A stretch of 64,000 nt of DNA from the NCBI GenBank assembly GCA_965112735.1, contig OZ218965.1:1302001-1366000 (forward strand), in the 5' to 3' direction. Below the pieces are notes generated by a model that made no database searches, was not told where the DNA came from, and was given only the letters and a program-made list of their open reading frames with translations. The stretch comes from Phaeosaccion multiseriatum. Lineage: Eukaryota > Protista > Ochrophyta, other classes. The position numbers and the translations under genes were made by a program. This document shows, piece by piece, positions 23,764-34,853 of this stretch (positions are counted from its first letter, which is position 1; the number at the start of each line of letters is the position of its first letter).

Positions 23764-26700
23764 ACCTGCCTACTGCACCCCTTCCCGCCTCACACACGCA
23801 CGAACCCACCAGATCATATTCCGCCTGGCCCGGCTGCGCGAGCAGAAGCACGAGAAGCTCCGCTCTCGAGACCTTGTCCTGTCCGAGCAGGAGCGGAGCA
23901 AGCGGGCGGCGGTGGAGCGGTGGATGAGAGAGGCGGAGGCGTGCGGGGCAGATCGGGTCATGTACAGAGTGGGTGAGTGAGGGAGTGAGTGAGGGAGTGA
24001 GTGGGTGAGTGAGTGAGGGAGGGAGGGAGGGAGTGTGGGAGTGAGGAAGGGAGTGAGTGAGGGAGGGAGAGAGGGAGGGAGGGAGTGAGGGGGTGAGTGA
24101 GTGAGTGAGTGAGTGAGTGAGGGAGGGAGGGAGTGGGCGAGTGAGTGAGTGAGTGAGGGAGGGAGCGAGCGAGTGAGTGAGGGAGTGGGGGGTGAGGAAG
24201 GGAGTGAGTGAGTGAGTGAGGGAGGGAGGGAGGGAGGGAGGGAGGGTGGGAGTGAGTGACGGAGTGAGTGAGTGAGTGAGTGAGTGAGTGGGTGAGGGAG
24301 TGGGGAGTGAAGGAGGGAGTGGGGAGTGAGGGAGCGAGGGAGGGGGTAAGTGAGTGAGTGAGTGAAAGGGTGAGAGAAGAAAGTGAGTGAGTGCAGGAGA
24401 GGAGTGTGTGAGTGAGTGAGTGAGTGAGTGAGTGAGTGAGTGAGTGAGTGAGTGAGTGAGTGAGTGAGTGAGTGAGTGAGTGAGTGAGTGAGTGAGTGAG
24501 TGAGTGAGTGAGTGAGTGAGTGAGTGAGTGAGTGAGTGAGTGAGTGAGTGAGTGAGTGAGTGAGTGAGTGAGTGAGTGAGTGAGTGAGTGAGTGAGTGAG
24601 TGAGTGAGTGAGTGAGTGAGTGGATGAGTGGGTGGGTGGGTGTGAGTGAGTGGCGACTTGTACCTGCATGGACGTCTCACGGTACTTTACGTCGCTGTCA
24701 CTGTCACGAGCTGTCGCGGCGGTAGTCGCCACCGTGCGTCTTGTACCAACTTTCTGTCCCCCTCTCATCCACTGCCATCCACTGCCATCCACAGACACGT
24801 ACATCACTAAGAAGGGCATGAAGATGCTTGCCCTGTTCGACTCCTTCTCGCTTGATTCGGACAACACCCTCTCCAGGAGGGAGTTCGAGCTAGGCTTGGC
24901 CCTCATGGATGGGCTTGACCTCACAGATGACGACATCGCTCTGCTGCTGGACTTCGCAGGTAGGCAGGGGAGCAGAGGAGGGAGGGAAGGACGGGAGGAA
25001 GGGGAGAGAGAGGGAGGGAGAGAGAGAGCCCTGGACCAACGTACGTCACACATTGATGAGATTTCCTCTCCTCTCCTTCCATTCCTTCATGCATCCACTG
25101 CCATCCCCCCCCCCCTTCTCGGGCTCGCCTCGATGCTCAAGGTGGTGGCTTCCTCCATCGCCTTCTTCTCTCACTCCATCTCTCAATCCCTCCTTCCTTC
25201 CCTCCCTCCCTCCCCTTCCTCTCCCAGACCGCAACGGAGACGGTCAAGTGAACTCCGACGAATTTGTGTCGATGCTGAGGGACTTCCGCCGAATGCGATA
25301 CAAAGAACCTTCCTTCGGGCAGGGGCCGCTCACCGGCCTCTCAGACGGGCAACTCGAAGCAATCGTGGGCATGCTCCATCAACAACTAAGGCAGGGAGGG
25401 GCTCATACCGGCGAGAAGCACCAACAACAAGAGGAGGGCGCACCGGCTTCACCTGCATCGGAAGAGGGGACAGAAGCGGTGGGTGCTGTAAAGGACTCCA
25501 AGGACTCCAAGTCGATGACCGTGTCGCAGCTTTGCATGGCCCTGGAGGAGGTGGAGCGGCAGCATCGTGCCCGCCTGCTGGCAGAGGAAGGAGGCTCAGC
25601 AGGTTAGTGACCAGAGAGACGAACGACGAGGGACGAGGGACGAGGGCAGCGAAGGGAGGGAGAGGAGGGCGGGGGCGGGGGGCTGCAGACTGACTGCTGC
25701 ACGGCGAGTGGGACAACGCCCCGTCCTCGAGCCCCTCAGCAACTGAAAGACTGAATCGTCTTATCTCTGTCTGTGTATCCACCTCTCTCTCCTCTTCCTC
25801 CCTCTCTTTCTCTCTCTCTCTCTCCCTCCCTCTCTCTCTGCCTCTGCCCCTTCCCAGGCGGAGGGCGCGCCGGAGGCGTGGAGGCCCTGCTGAGCGTGGA
25901 CGAGAGGAAAGAGGGCGGCGCCGCGGCTGAGAAGAAGAAGAAGATGGAGCAGTGGCTCGCTAACTCCAAGTTCAACAGGTAGGGACGGCAGGGGTGAATG
26001 ACCACATTGTGCATTTCATGGGGGGGATCGGCCGTGTTGCGTTTGAGACAAAGGTGGCCTGTATGTATCACCAACTGCTATGCCGCTTCCATAGGGCATC
26101 CTCCCCCCAAGGATGCCCTCCGCTTGAGACATGCCATTGAGACTACCCACTAAGCCCACGCCCAAGCCCAAGCCCAAGCAAAACGCATCTGTCCCCTTCC
26201 ATTCGTTCCTTCCGTCCTTCCATTCCTTCCTTCCTTCCTTCCTTCCTTCCTTCCTTCCTTCCATCCATCCTCCACCCTTCCATTCCTTCCTTCCTTCCAT
26301 GCTTGCTTCCTTCCTTCCTTGCTTCCTTGCTTTCCTCCTTCCTTCCTTGCTTCCTTCATTCCTTCCTTGCTTCCTTCCTTCTTTCCTTCCATCCATCCTC
26401 CACCCTTCCTTTCTTCCTTCCTTCCTTCCTTCCTTCCTTCCTTCCTTCCTTCCTTCCTTGCTTGCTTCCATCCTCGACCCTTCCTTCCTCCCTTCCTTCC
26501 TTCCTTCCTTCCATCCATCCTCCACCCTTCCTTTCTTCCTTTCTTCCATCCTCCACCCTTCCTTCCTTCCTTCCTTCCTTCCTTCCTTCCCTCTTCCTCC
26601 TCCCCCCTGCCCTGCTCCCTCCCTGTGCTTGCCCCCTCCCCCCCTCCCCCCTGCCTGTCCCTTGTGCTCAACCGTGCGTGTGTGTGTGTGTGTGTATGTG

Positions 26701-26841
26701 CGTGTGTGTGTCTGTGTGTATGTGTGTGTGCGCATATGTGTGTGTGTATGTGTGGGGGGGGTGTGTGCGTGTGTGTGTGCGTGTGTGTATGTGTGCGTGT
26801 GTGTGTGCGTGTGTGTGTGTAAATGTGTGTGTGCGTGTGTG

Positions 26842-26872
<31 letters not shown>

Positions 26873-29015
26873 AAACGTGTGTGTGCGTGTGTGTGTGTGC
26901 GTGTGTACGCGTGTGTGTGTGCGTGCGTGTGTGTATGTGTGTGTGTGTGTGCGTGTGTGTGCGTGCGTGTGTGTGTGTGTGTGTAGGTCTGACCTTGACC
27001 GAGGCTCCACACTGCAGGAGCGACTGCCGGAGGAGGCCCGCCTTGCCCTCGAGATCAAGAAGAGGCTTCTCGCCAAGAAGAGGAGGGATGCAGGTGACAG
27101 AAGGCCGAGGCACCCTGAGAGAGAGGGGGGGGGGGGGGCAAGCCGGGCATATGCTTCAAGACTCGTTTGCTCGGCAACCTTACGTAACCTTACATAATAA
27201 CTGTACATAACCCTACACCGCATGCGTTCTGCTGCTTGCCTCTCTCATCCATTCATTGACCCGAACGGCACCGCACAACAGGAGAGCGTCACTGGGAGCA
27301 ATGGGTGGCGACCAAGAGTAAGGACCTCACCCTCAAGCGAAAGGAAGAGGAGGAGAGGAAGCGGAGGCAGGAGGAGGAGAAGAGGGAGAAGCTGCGCAGG
27401 ACCGAAGAGGGCAAAGAGGCCTTCGTGGCGTGGGTGGCCAAGAAGAAAAGGGTGAGTGAGGCTCATCCAACCCTCATCCTTCTCCTCCTCCTCCTCCTCC
27501 TCCTCCTTCTCTTCTTCCTCCTCCTCTCCCGTCCCCCCTTCTCCTCCTCCCTCCCCCTCCCCACTCCTCCCCCAAGAAGAAGAAGAACACACAGAGTCGG
27601 TGGGAGAGACGCACGACATGCTTTGTCTACTCTCTACTCTCTACTCTCCACTCTCCACTCTCTACTCGTATTCGAACATGTGAAGGGCCTCTATTGAAGG
27701 ATCTTGTCCCTGGGGCGGCCTGGCTGGAGGCCTCTAGACGCCCATGGAAGCATATGGAATCATATGGAAGCACATGGAAGCATATGGAAGCATATGGAAG
27801 TATATGGAAGCATATGGAAGCATATGGAAGCATATGGAAGCCTATGCTCCCTCCCTGCTGAGTGATGATTCCTTCCTACACTGCTCGTGCTCCTTGATCC
27901 CATCCTTCCTACCCCCTCCCCCCCCCCTCCTGCTCTTCTCCTCACATCTTGTCCCCTGCGCACTCACCCACCCCCCCACCCATCTACCCACCCCATCTGC
28001 CCACCCATCTGCCCACCCATCTGCCCACCCATCTGCCCACCCACCTACCCACCCATCTGCCCACCCATCTACCCACCCATCCACCCACCCATCTACCCAC
28101 CCATCTGCCTACTCAGGACGCGAAGGACGAGCGGCGGCGAGAGCGGGAGGCAGCAGCAGCGGAGGCGGCTCAGGTCGAAGCAGCTCAGCTCGCCACCGCC
28201 TCGAGGTGCAGCGTCAGCTCCAGTCATGCTGGTGATATGGGGGGCAACAGCGTCGACGGGGACGGCAGCGCTCCTTCTTCTCGCTTCCCAGTCATTTCGA
28301 GCGCCGAGGAGCGGCGGCGCGCGCAGCAGCAGGTCTCTCATGCGAAGAAGGCAAAGGTGGGGGTGCGGAGGGCAGGGACCAAGAGTAGCAAGCCACGAGC
28401 GATGAGGAAGGAAGAGCTCGAGTTCGCTCTTGCCAAAGTTGCGGTGAGCCCGTACCTGTGCTCGCCCGACAAGCCCTACAGCATGAGCGGGTTGAGGGCC
28501 TACAATAGACTCATGGCTAGCGCAGACGAGGAGGAGGGGGAGGGAGAGAAGGGGCCTCAGAGGGAGTCGATCTGGGCGAGAGTGGAGAGTGGGGGTGAGG
28601 AAGACGAGGAGGAAGGCGAGGAGGAAGGCGAAGAAAGCGAGGGTGAAGGGGAGGAGGGGAGCGGAGGGAGCGAAGCTGGACGTACGCCAGGCGGCAGGGA
28701 TGAACAAGAGGGGCAGAAGGCGAGTCAGCTGCGCCAACATCAGCAGCAGCCTTTGACGACACGGCAGCAACGGCGACTGCCCACGGGAAGGTCGAGAAAG
28801 AGTCCCTACGGAAGGACCGGAGGCCCGAGGGGGGCCGGGTCCGGAAAGGGTTCCGCCCCGTATCACGGGGGACGCGTGCTTCCCTCGGTACTTGTGGAGC
28901 AGGGAAGGATAGTCCGAGACCTGCTCGCCTCCGATGGAGGGGCCTTTGGCCACAGCGTGCAGAGCATTCGGGACAAGACCCGAGCGCAGACCACGCAAGG
29001 GAAGCGGAAACGGCG

Positions 29016-29053
<38 letters not shown>

Positions 29054-29613
29054 TGGTGATACAGCAGCTCTCGCTCCAGGCAGGCAGGGGGCTTGAGAAG
29101 GCGAAGAAGTCTGAGTCCGGCCTTGACGAGGGGCCGCAACCCGCAGGCGGGGCACGGCTGGAGCATGAAGAGGACGAGGACGAGGACGAGCAGCAAAGCT
29201 ACGCATCGGACGACGACTTTGTCTCAGCGCCTGCAGGGGCACACAGGGGGGCAGCCACGGACGGGGGGGCGAAGGGACAAGACCGAGACCAAGACAAGAA
29301 CGCAGATGGCGACGACAACGAAGATGACGATGACAACTCGCGGTACAGCGGAGACTTCGACGACGACGACGACCTCGGGGGCGGGGACGAGTTCAAAGTA
29401 CAGCAGGAGGAGGACATGCCCGCCTGGGGAGATGAGATGAAGGACCTGCCTCTCGATGACGCGTACAGCGAGGCAGCCTTCGAGGACGAAGAGGAGGAAG
29501 GCGAACAAGGAGGAGGGGGAGCGGGGAAGGAGCGGGGAGGGGACACCAACGGGACGTTAGCGCCGAGGTCGATCCACACGCCCCCACGCCCGGGGAAGGG
29601 CAAGGTGAGATGA
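16994..29613 (+). CDS. Large multi-exon EF-hand and coiled-coil protein; exon structure only partly resolved
   Basis: EF-hand loops [13 protein letters not shown] (~18350), [13 protein letters not shown] (~23380), [11 protein letters not shown] (~24855) and [13 protein letters not shown] (~25228) lie in exons bounded by GT-AG. A charged coiled coil ([11 protein letters not shown], ~27420) and an acidic final exon follow. It could be more than one gene, and the 3' end is uncertain. Confidence 0.65.
22207..22733. repeat. (CCCTGA)n telomere-variant-like hexamer array, intronic
   Basis: About 87 nearly perfect units; the reverse complement is (TCAGGG)n. Confidence 0.95.
23970..24650. repeat. (GAGT)n/(GAGG)n intronic microsatellite
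   Basis: Directly visible tetranucleotide runs. Confidence 0.9.
27743..27845. repeat. 10-bp (CATATGGAAG)n intronic tandem repeat, ~10 units
   Basis: Directly visible. Confidence 0.9.
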
Positions 29614-30288
29614 GAAGAGCGGGTCGAAACCGGCAAGCGATCGCTCGGCGGGGCAAGGGCTGCCAGTAGTCACGTCCACTCACTCACGCCAACAAACCTC
29701 TCCCTCCCTCCCTCTCTCGCTCCATCCTACGGCAGAAGCCACTTGGCTACTTGCAGCCCGAGCCCGCCAATCACTTACCCCCCCCCCTCCCTGCGCTCCC
29801 TCCTCCTTGTTTGCTGATCCTCGCTGATTCTCTCTCTTCTGTGCGACGTGGCTGTCTTTCTTTCTCTCTGTTCCTTCGCTTGTTGGGTGTACATCGTATG
29901 CGGCAACAGGAGGGACACCGCCCCACCACGGTGTCGGCGAGTCGAGCACAGTGACGACCTGGTCCAAGCCAAGCAGTTGGTGATATGGCAGGGTTGTGTA
30001 GAGCGATAGCACAAGCAAGCCGCAGCCACACTGCAACAGATAGTATCAAATCAAGTCAAGCGTCCCACTTTTGCTCCATCTAAAATAGGACTGGCACCCG
30101 TCCTACGTGCACTTTACTCCATCTCATATAGGGTGGTTCTCTTGAGAGAGAGGAGCCGGGCCTCCTGACACCAAGGGCACAGGCCTAAAGAAAAGACTTC
30201 ACTTCAAGTTGCGTAACCGTGTTGTGGTAGAAGCGTGGTTTACTTTACGCCCACGCACGCACGCGCGCACGCATACCTCGCCCAAAGT

Positions 30289-30432
30289 GAGAGTGTGTGT
30301 GACTGGTCGAGTGAGTGAAGAAGCGAGAGTGTGTGTGACTGGTCGAGTGAGTGAAGAAGCGAGAGTGTGTGTGACTGGTCGAGTGAGTGAAGAAGCGAGA
30401 GTGTGTGTGACTGGTCCAGTGAGTGAAGAAGC
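30289..30432. repeat. 36-bp tandem repeat x4 downstream of PPR copy 3
   Basis: Unit GAGAGTGTGTGTGACTGGTCGAGTGAGTGAAGAAGC. Confidence 0.9.
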
Positions 30433-30531
30433 GAATGCGTGCGTAACCGGTGGAGTCAGTGAATACATGAGTGAGTGAGGGAGAGGAAGAGTGGGTGGTG
30501 AGCCTTTCATTCGGTCATCACCAGTGTTTCC

Positions 30532-32211
30532 TCATATTACTTCGAACTTCACATGGCCCTCGTCGCTGTCCTGCCCCGTGGCGTGGAGTCCGAGCTCTTC
30601 GTTGAGGTACGCCAGCACCGCAGGCTTGAGCACGCTGACACCGTCCACGCTGCCGCGGCCTCGACCGGTGATGACGGTGATCCGGCCCTTCGCCTTCTCC
30701 ACTTGGAGGGCGTATCGAAGGGCGGCCTTGCCGGTCCACTCCGAGTGCCCGTGCAAATCCATGACCTTCCCTTCTTTACCCGTCTTCCAATGCGACAATA
30801 CACCGTTTGTGGCAGCCTCTGCATACAAGCCATCAGCCGAGCTCCACTGCTCGTGCAGGGACAGGACGTTGATAGCGGTGCTGTATGAGATTTCATCGGG
30901 TCGAAGCCCTTCCCTCCGCATCTCCTCGAGCAAGGCAAGCGCCTTCTCGTGCTCTCCTGCCTTGCCACAAGCCGTAATCGCAGAGTTGTATGTGACTTCA
31001 TCGGGTCGAAGCCCTTCCCTCCGCATCTCCTCGAGCAAGGCAAGCGCCTTCTCGTGCTCTCCTGCATTGCCACAAGCAGTAATCGCAGAGTTGTATGTGA
31101 CTTCATCGGGTCGAAGCCCTTCCCCCCGCATCTCCTCCAACAAGCCAAGCGCCTTCTCGTGCTCTCCTGCATTGCCACAGGCAGTGATCGCAGAGTTGTA
31201 TGAGATTTCATTGGGTCGAAGCCCTTCCCTCCGCATCTCCTCCAGCAAGTCAAGCGCCTTCTCGTGCTCTCCTGCGTTACCACAAGCAGTAATCGCAGAG
31301 CTGTACGAGATGACATCGGGTCGAAGCCCTTCCCTCCGCTTCTCCTCCAGCAAGGCAAGCGCCTTCTCGTGCTCTCCTGCCTTGCCACAAGCAGTGATCG
31401 CAGAGCTGTACGTAATGCCATCGGGTCGAAGCCCTTCGCTCCGCATCTCCTCCAGCAAATCAAGCGCCTTCTTGGGCTCTTCTGCATTGGCACACGCAGT
31501 AATCGCAGAGCTGTACGAGATGACATCGGGTCGAAGCCCTTCCCTCCGCATCTCCTTCAGCAAGTGAAGTGCCTTCTCGTGCTCTCCTGCATTGGCACAC
31601 GCAGTAATCGTAGAGCTGTACGAGATGACATCGGGTCGAAGCCCGTCCCTCCGCTTCTCCTCAAGCAAGTCAAGCGCCTTTTCGTGCTTTCCTGCCTTGC
31701 CAACAGCAGTAATTGCAGAGCTGTACGTGATATCATTGGGTCGAAGCCCTTCCCTCCGCATCTCCTCCAGCAAGTCAAGCGCCTTCTCGTGCTCTCCTGC
31801 ATTGCCACAAGCAGTAATCGCAGAGCTGTACGAGATGACATCGGGTCGAAGCCCTTCCCTCCGCATCTCCTCCAGCAAATCAAGCGCCTTCTCATGCTCT
31901 CCTGCATTGCCACAAGCAGCTATCGCAGAGCTGTACGAGATGACATTGGGTTGGAGACCGCTCGCCTTCATCTCCTCGAGTAGGGCAAGCGCACCCTTCC
32001 ATCGCCGAGCCTTACCCACTGCAGAAATGGCGGCGTTGAAGCAAATCACATTCATCCGAAGCCCCGCTGCTTTCGCCTCCTCAATCACTCTCGCCACCCC
32101 TCTCCAGTCCCGCATATTTCCAAGTCTCTGGATCTCCTTTGTCAACGCTATATGCTTCTGCCGCTCACTACTTCTGCCACCTGGTCCCTGCCGCGACCCT
32201 CCCGTATTCAT
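30532..32211 (-). CDS. PPR-SMR protein copy 3 (10 core repeats plus caps, SMR domain); leader frameshifted, predicted 559 aa from the internal ATG at 32211; may be a pseudogene
   Basis: The ancestral ATG at 32416 is out of frame after a net 26-nt deletion and stops at 32261. The PPR+SMR frame is intact, with core repeats at 31944-30895. Confidence 0.8.
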   Translation of the reverse strand: MNTGGSRQGPGGRSSERQKHIALTKEIQRLGNMRDWRGVARVIEEAKAAGLRMNVICFNAAISAVGKARRWKGALALLEEMKASGLQPNVISYSSAIAACGNAGEHEKALDLLEEMRREGLRPDVISYSSAITACGNAGEHEKALDLLEEMRREGLRPNDITYSSAITAVGKAGKHEKALDLLEEKRRDGLRPDVISYSSTITACANAGEHEKALHLLKEMRREGLRPDVISYSSAITACANAEEPKKALDLLEEMRSEGLRPDGITYSSAITACGKAGEHEKALALLEEKRREGLRPDVISYSSAITACGNAGEHEKALDLLEEMRREGLRPNEISYNSAITACGNAGEHEKALGLLEEMRGEGLRPDEVTYNSAITACGNAGEHEKALALLEEMRREGLRPDEVTYNSAITACGKAGEHEKALALLEEMRREGLRPDEISYSTAINVLSLHEQWSSADGLYAEAATNGVLSHWKTGKEGKVMDLHGHSEWTGKAALRYALQVEKAKGRITVITGRGRGSVDGVSVLKPAVLAYLNEELGLHATGQDSDEGHVKFEVI

Positions 32212-32749
32212 GTTACCCCTGGTTCCAAGGAGGCGAAGCGAGCGTGTCGCCGATCGCCGCTTAGTATGCACTGGGGCTGTGAGGATGGAGTTCTGTTTCC
32301 CCACAGCAGGGCGTTGCGCAGCGGGTGGAGCAGCAGAAGCCCATCTTCCCCACGAGCTTGTAAAAGCAGTAGCTCGGCATAGCGGAAATGAAGGCCGCCA
32401 CGTTGTTGCCCGTCATCCCTTTCGCTCGGCCTCGCTATTCACGATATCACTTCTTCCTTCCTTGGGACACCGCCTGAAGCCCACGACGAATGAGCTGTAG
32501 CTGTCGATCCTACGGGATGGAGAACGGGGGGAGGAACACCGGGGGGGCATTTCCTGGGGGGAGGAAATGTAGTGAGTTGGTGCTCCAAACCTCACAGGGA
32601 GTTTACATGCCCGACGTCCCTAGAGGGGCCCTCGACACACGCACACACACACACGCACACACCCTCAGCCCTCCCCGGGGGGCATGTGCCCAACCCTGAA
32701 GAGGCCCTGCAAGGCGGCCTTCACTTGGCGCTGCCACTGACTCGAGTGA

Positions 32750-33188
32750 TCACCTAAGAAACTGAAAGTGTGATTGTGAGTGTGTGTGTGTGTGAGTGTG
32801 CATGTATCTCTGTGTCTCCGAGGCCCTCGACGGGCCGGTTACTCCCCCTCTTGGGCGGGGAGGGGGAGTGCAGGACCGGCTCCGCGGTTGAGCCGACCCA
32901 GGAAGGCGCGCTCTCGCTCCGAGAGCCACATCTATGGGGGGAGAAACAGGGGGGGGTGCTGGTGCTCCAGGATTCACAGGTTCGTGTATCCCTCAGCTGC
33001 CATGTATATCATCCCTCAGCTGCAGCCACCAGATGTGGCTCTCGGAGCGAGAGCGCACCTTCCTGGTTCGACCCGGACCTGCACTCCCTCCCCCCGACCA
33101 AGAGGGGGAGTAGCTAACGGGCCCCAGAGACACAAGCACGCACGCGCACACCTGACACACACTCCCCCCCTTTCAGTTTCTTAGGTGA
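32750..33188. repeat. ~440-bp imperfect fold-back (inverted repeat) upstream of PPR copy 3
   Basis: Outer arms TCACCTAAGAAACTGAAA / TTTCAGTTTCTTAGGTGA. Inner arms at ~32894-32933 and 33031-33070 are complementary at 38/40 positions. Confidence 0.85.
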
Positions 33189-34248
33189 CTCGTATTAAGT
33201 CAAGAAAGGTACCCCTCATCCCTGGCGTCCCTAGCGGGCTCTCAGCCAACACACGCACACACAAACACAAACACAAACACACACGCACATACACACATAC
33301 GTAAGTCTTGGGTTGACTCCTACATGTCAGTATGTACTCATCCCCTCACTGCGTTCAGAGGAGCGCACCACAGAGGTCCAGAGGGGCCTTCGCATCGCAA
33401 CACTAACAAAGTGATGGTGGGGCGACCGGCAGCAGCGCTGGAGCAGCTCGACGCCAACAACTCCTGTAGAGGCTCTCTTCGTGGACGAGCGAAGGATGAC
33501 GTGTGGACCATTGCGCTTCGGTTCAGCGGGAGGGGCCAGGTGTCAGGACACAAGGGACGCAGCGCACAGCCATGTGTCAGGATCCAGGCATGGCTTCCAC
33601 GGGCCCCGAGTAGCTAGAGCCCTTGAGAGGCATGATGCATACACACATACGTATATACGTACATACCTACATATACACACACCCTCCGCCTTCCCCGGGG
33701 GGCATGTCCCCAACCCTGACGAAGCCCTGCAAGGCGGCCTCCACTTGGCCCCGCCACTGACTCGAGTGAAGATGTGGCAGGGGGGGGGGAGCTGCACTTT
33801 GAAGGAGGCGTTGATTTGAGGAGGTGGTCGGAAAGACAGCATTCTTTGAATCTAGAACAGGAGCGTAGGTTACCTCATGCACGCACGCGCACACGCATGA
33901 TACCTCGCCCAAAGTGAGGCTGTGTGTGAGTGCGTGCTTGACTGGCCGACGAGCGTGAAGATGTGAGTGCGTGCGCACTTGCATGTATAAGTGGCTGAGT
34001 TAGTCAGTGAGGGCGTGAGTGTAGGAGCGAGTGCGAGTGTGCACGTGAGTGAGGGAGTGACTGAGGGAGCGAGTGAGTTGAGTGAGTTGAGTGTGAGTTG
34101 AGAGAGAGAGGGGGGGAGAGTGTGCAACCACGTGAGTGTGAGGGAGTGACTGAGGGAGCGAGTGAGTTGAGTGAGTTGAGTGTGAGTTGAGAGAGAGGGG
34201 GGGGGAGAGGGTGAGTGAGTGAGTGAGTGAGTCAGTGAGTGAGTGAGC

Positions 34249-34351
34249 TCGACCCCTGACGTGCTATCGACGCGTTCTCGATAGCATGCTATCGGCCGCC
34301 GGCGATAGCAGATAGCAGATGCATAGCAGATGCATAGCGCGTCGGGATCGG
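34249..34351. mobile_element. Diverged, inverted relative of the 12014-12165 MITE-like element
   Basis: TCGACCCCTGAC...CTATCG...TTCTCGATAGC..GCTATCGGCCGC..CGATAGC aligns with the reverse complement of 12014-12165. The right TIR is decayed (ATAGCGCGTCGGGATCGG). Confidence 0.55.
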
Positions 34352-34853
34352 CCCTGGACAAGTTGTGAAAGTTGATGGCATGCGCCATCCTTTCAAATAA
34401 TACTGTAAGCTGGCGCTGACCAAGATCAATAATCAGGCCTGGCTCAGCCAAAACAGAAAAAAGAAAAAACGGAGAGAGGAGAAAGGGAGAACGGGGAGAA
34501 GAAGTCGTAAAGTGAAGTTGTGGGCGGAGTTCAAAAAGATGGCAGCCGACGGTGTTCGAATTTCTCTCCCTTTTTTTTTTCTCTCACCTTTTGCCTTGCC
34601 GTAGTAGTAATGCAACTGCCGCTGCTGTAGGAGCTTCTTTTCGCTTGGAGGGAGACCGAAGACTCAGAGAAGCAGAGAAGAGAGGGAGGGAGGTTGCATA
34701 GGGACGTAGCTCCCAGAGGAGAGGGGGGAGAGGTTATTCGAGAACATGTCTTGAGTCTTGAGAGAAATCCAGACAGAAAGGAAGAAACGCACGGAGTAAA
34801 CAGAGCATCAGCACCAGAGAAGGGAACAGCAGCTGGTGGGCAAGCATCGAACG

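Noticed and set aside
6387-34351. An autonomous transposon or endogenous virus carrying the PPR-SMR genes
   Set aside because: I could not recognise any transposase, reverse transcriptase, integrase, Rep/helicase or capsid ORF in the window.
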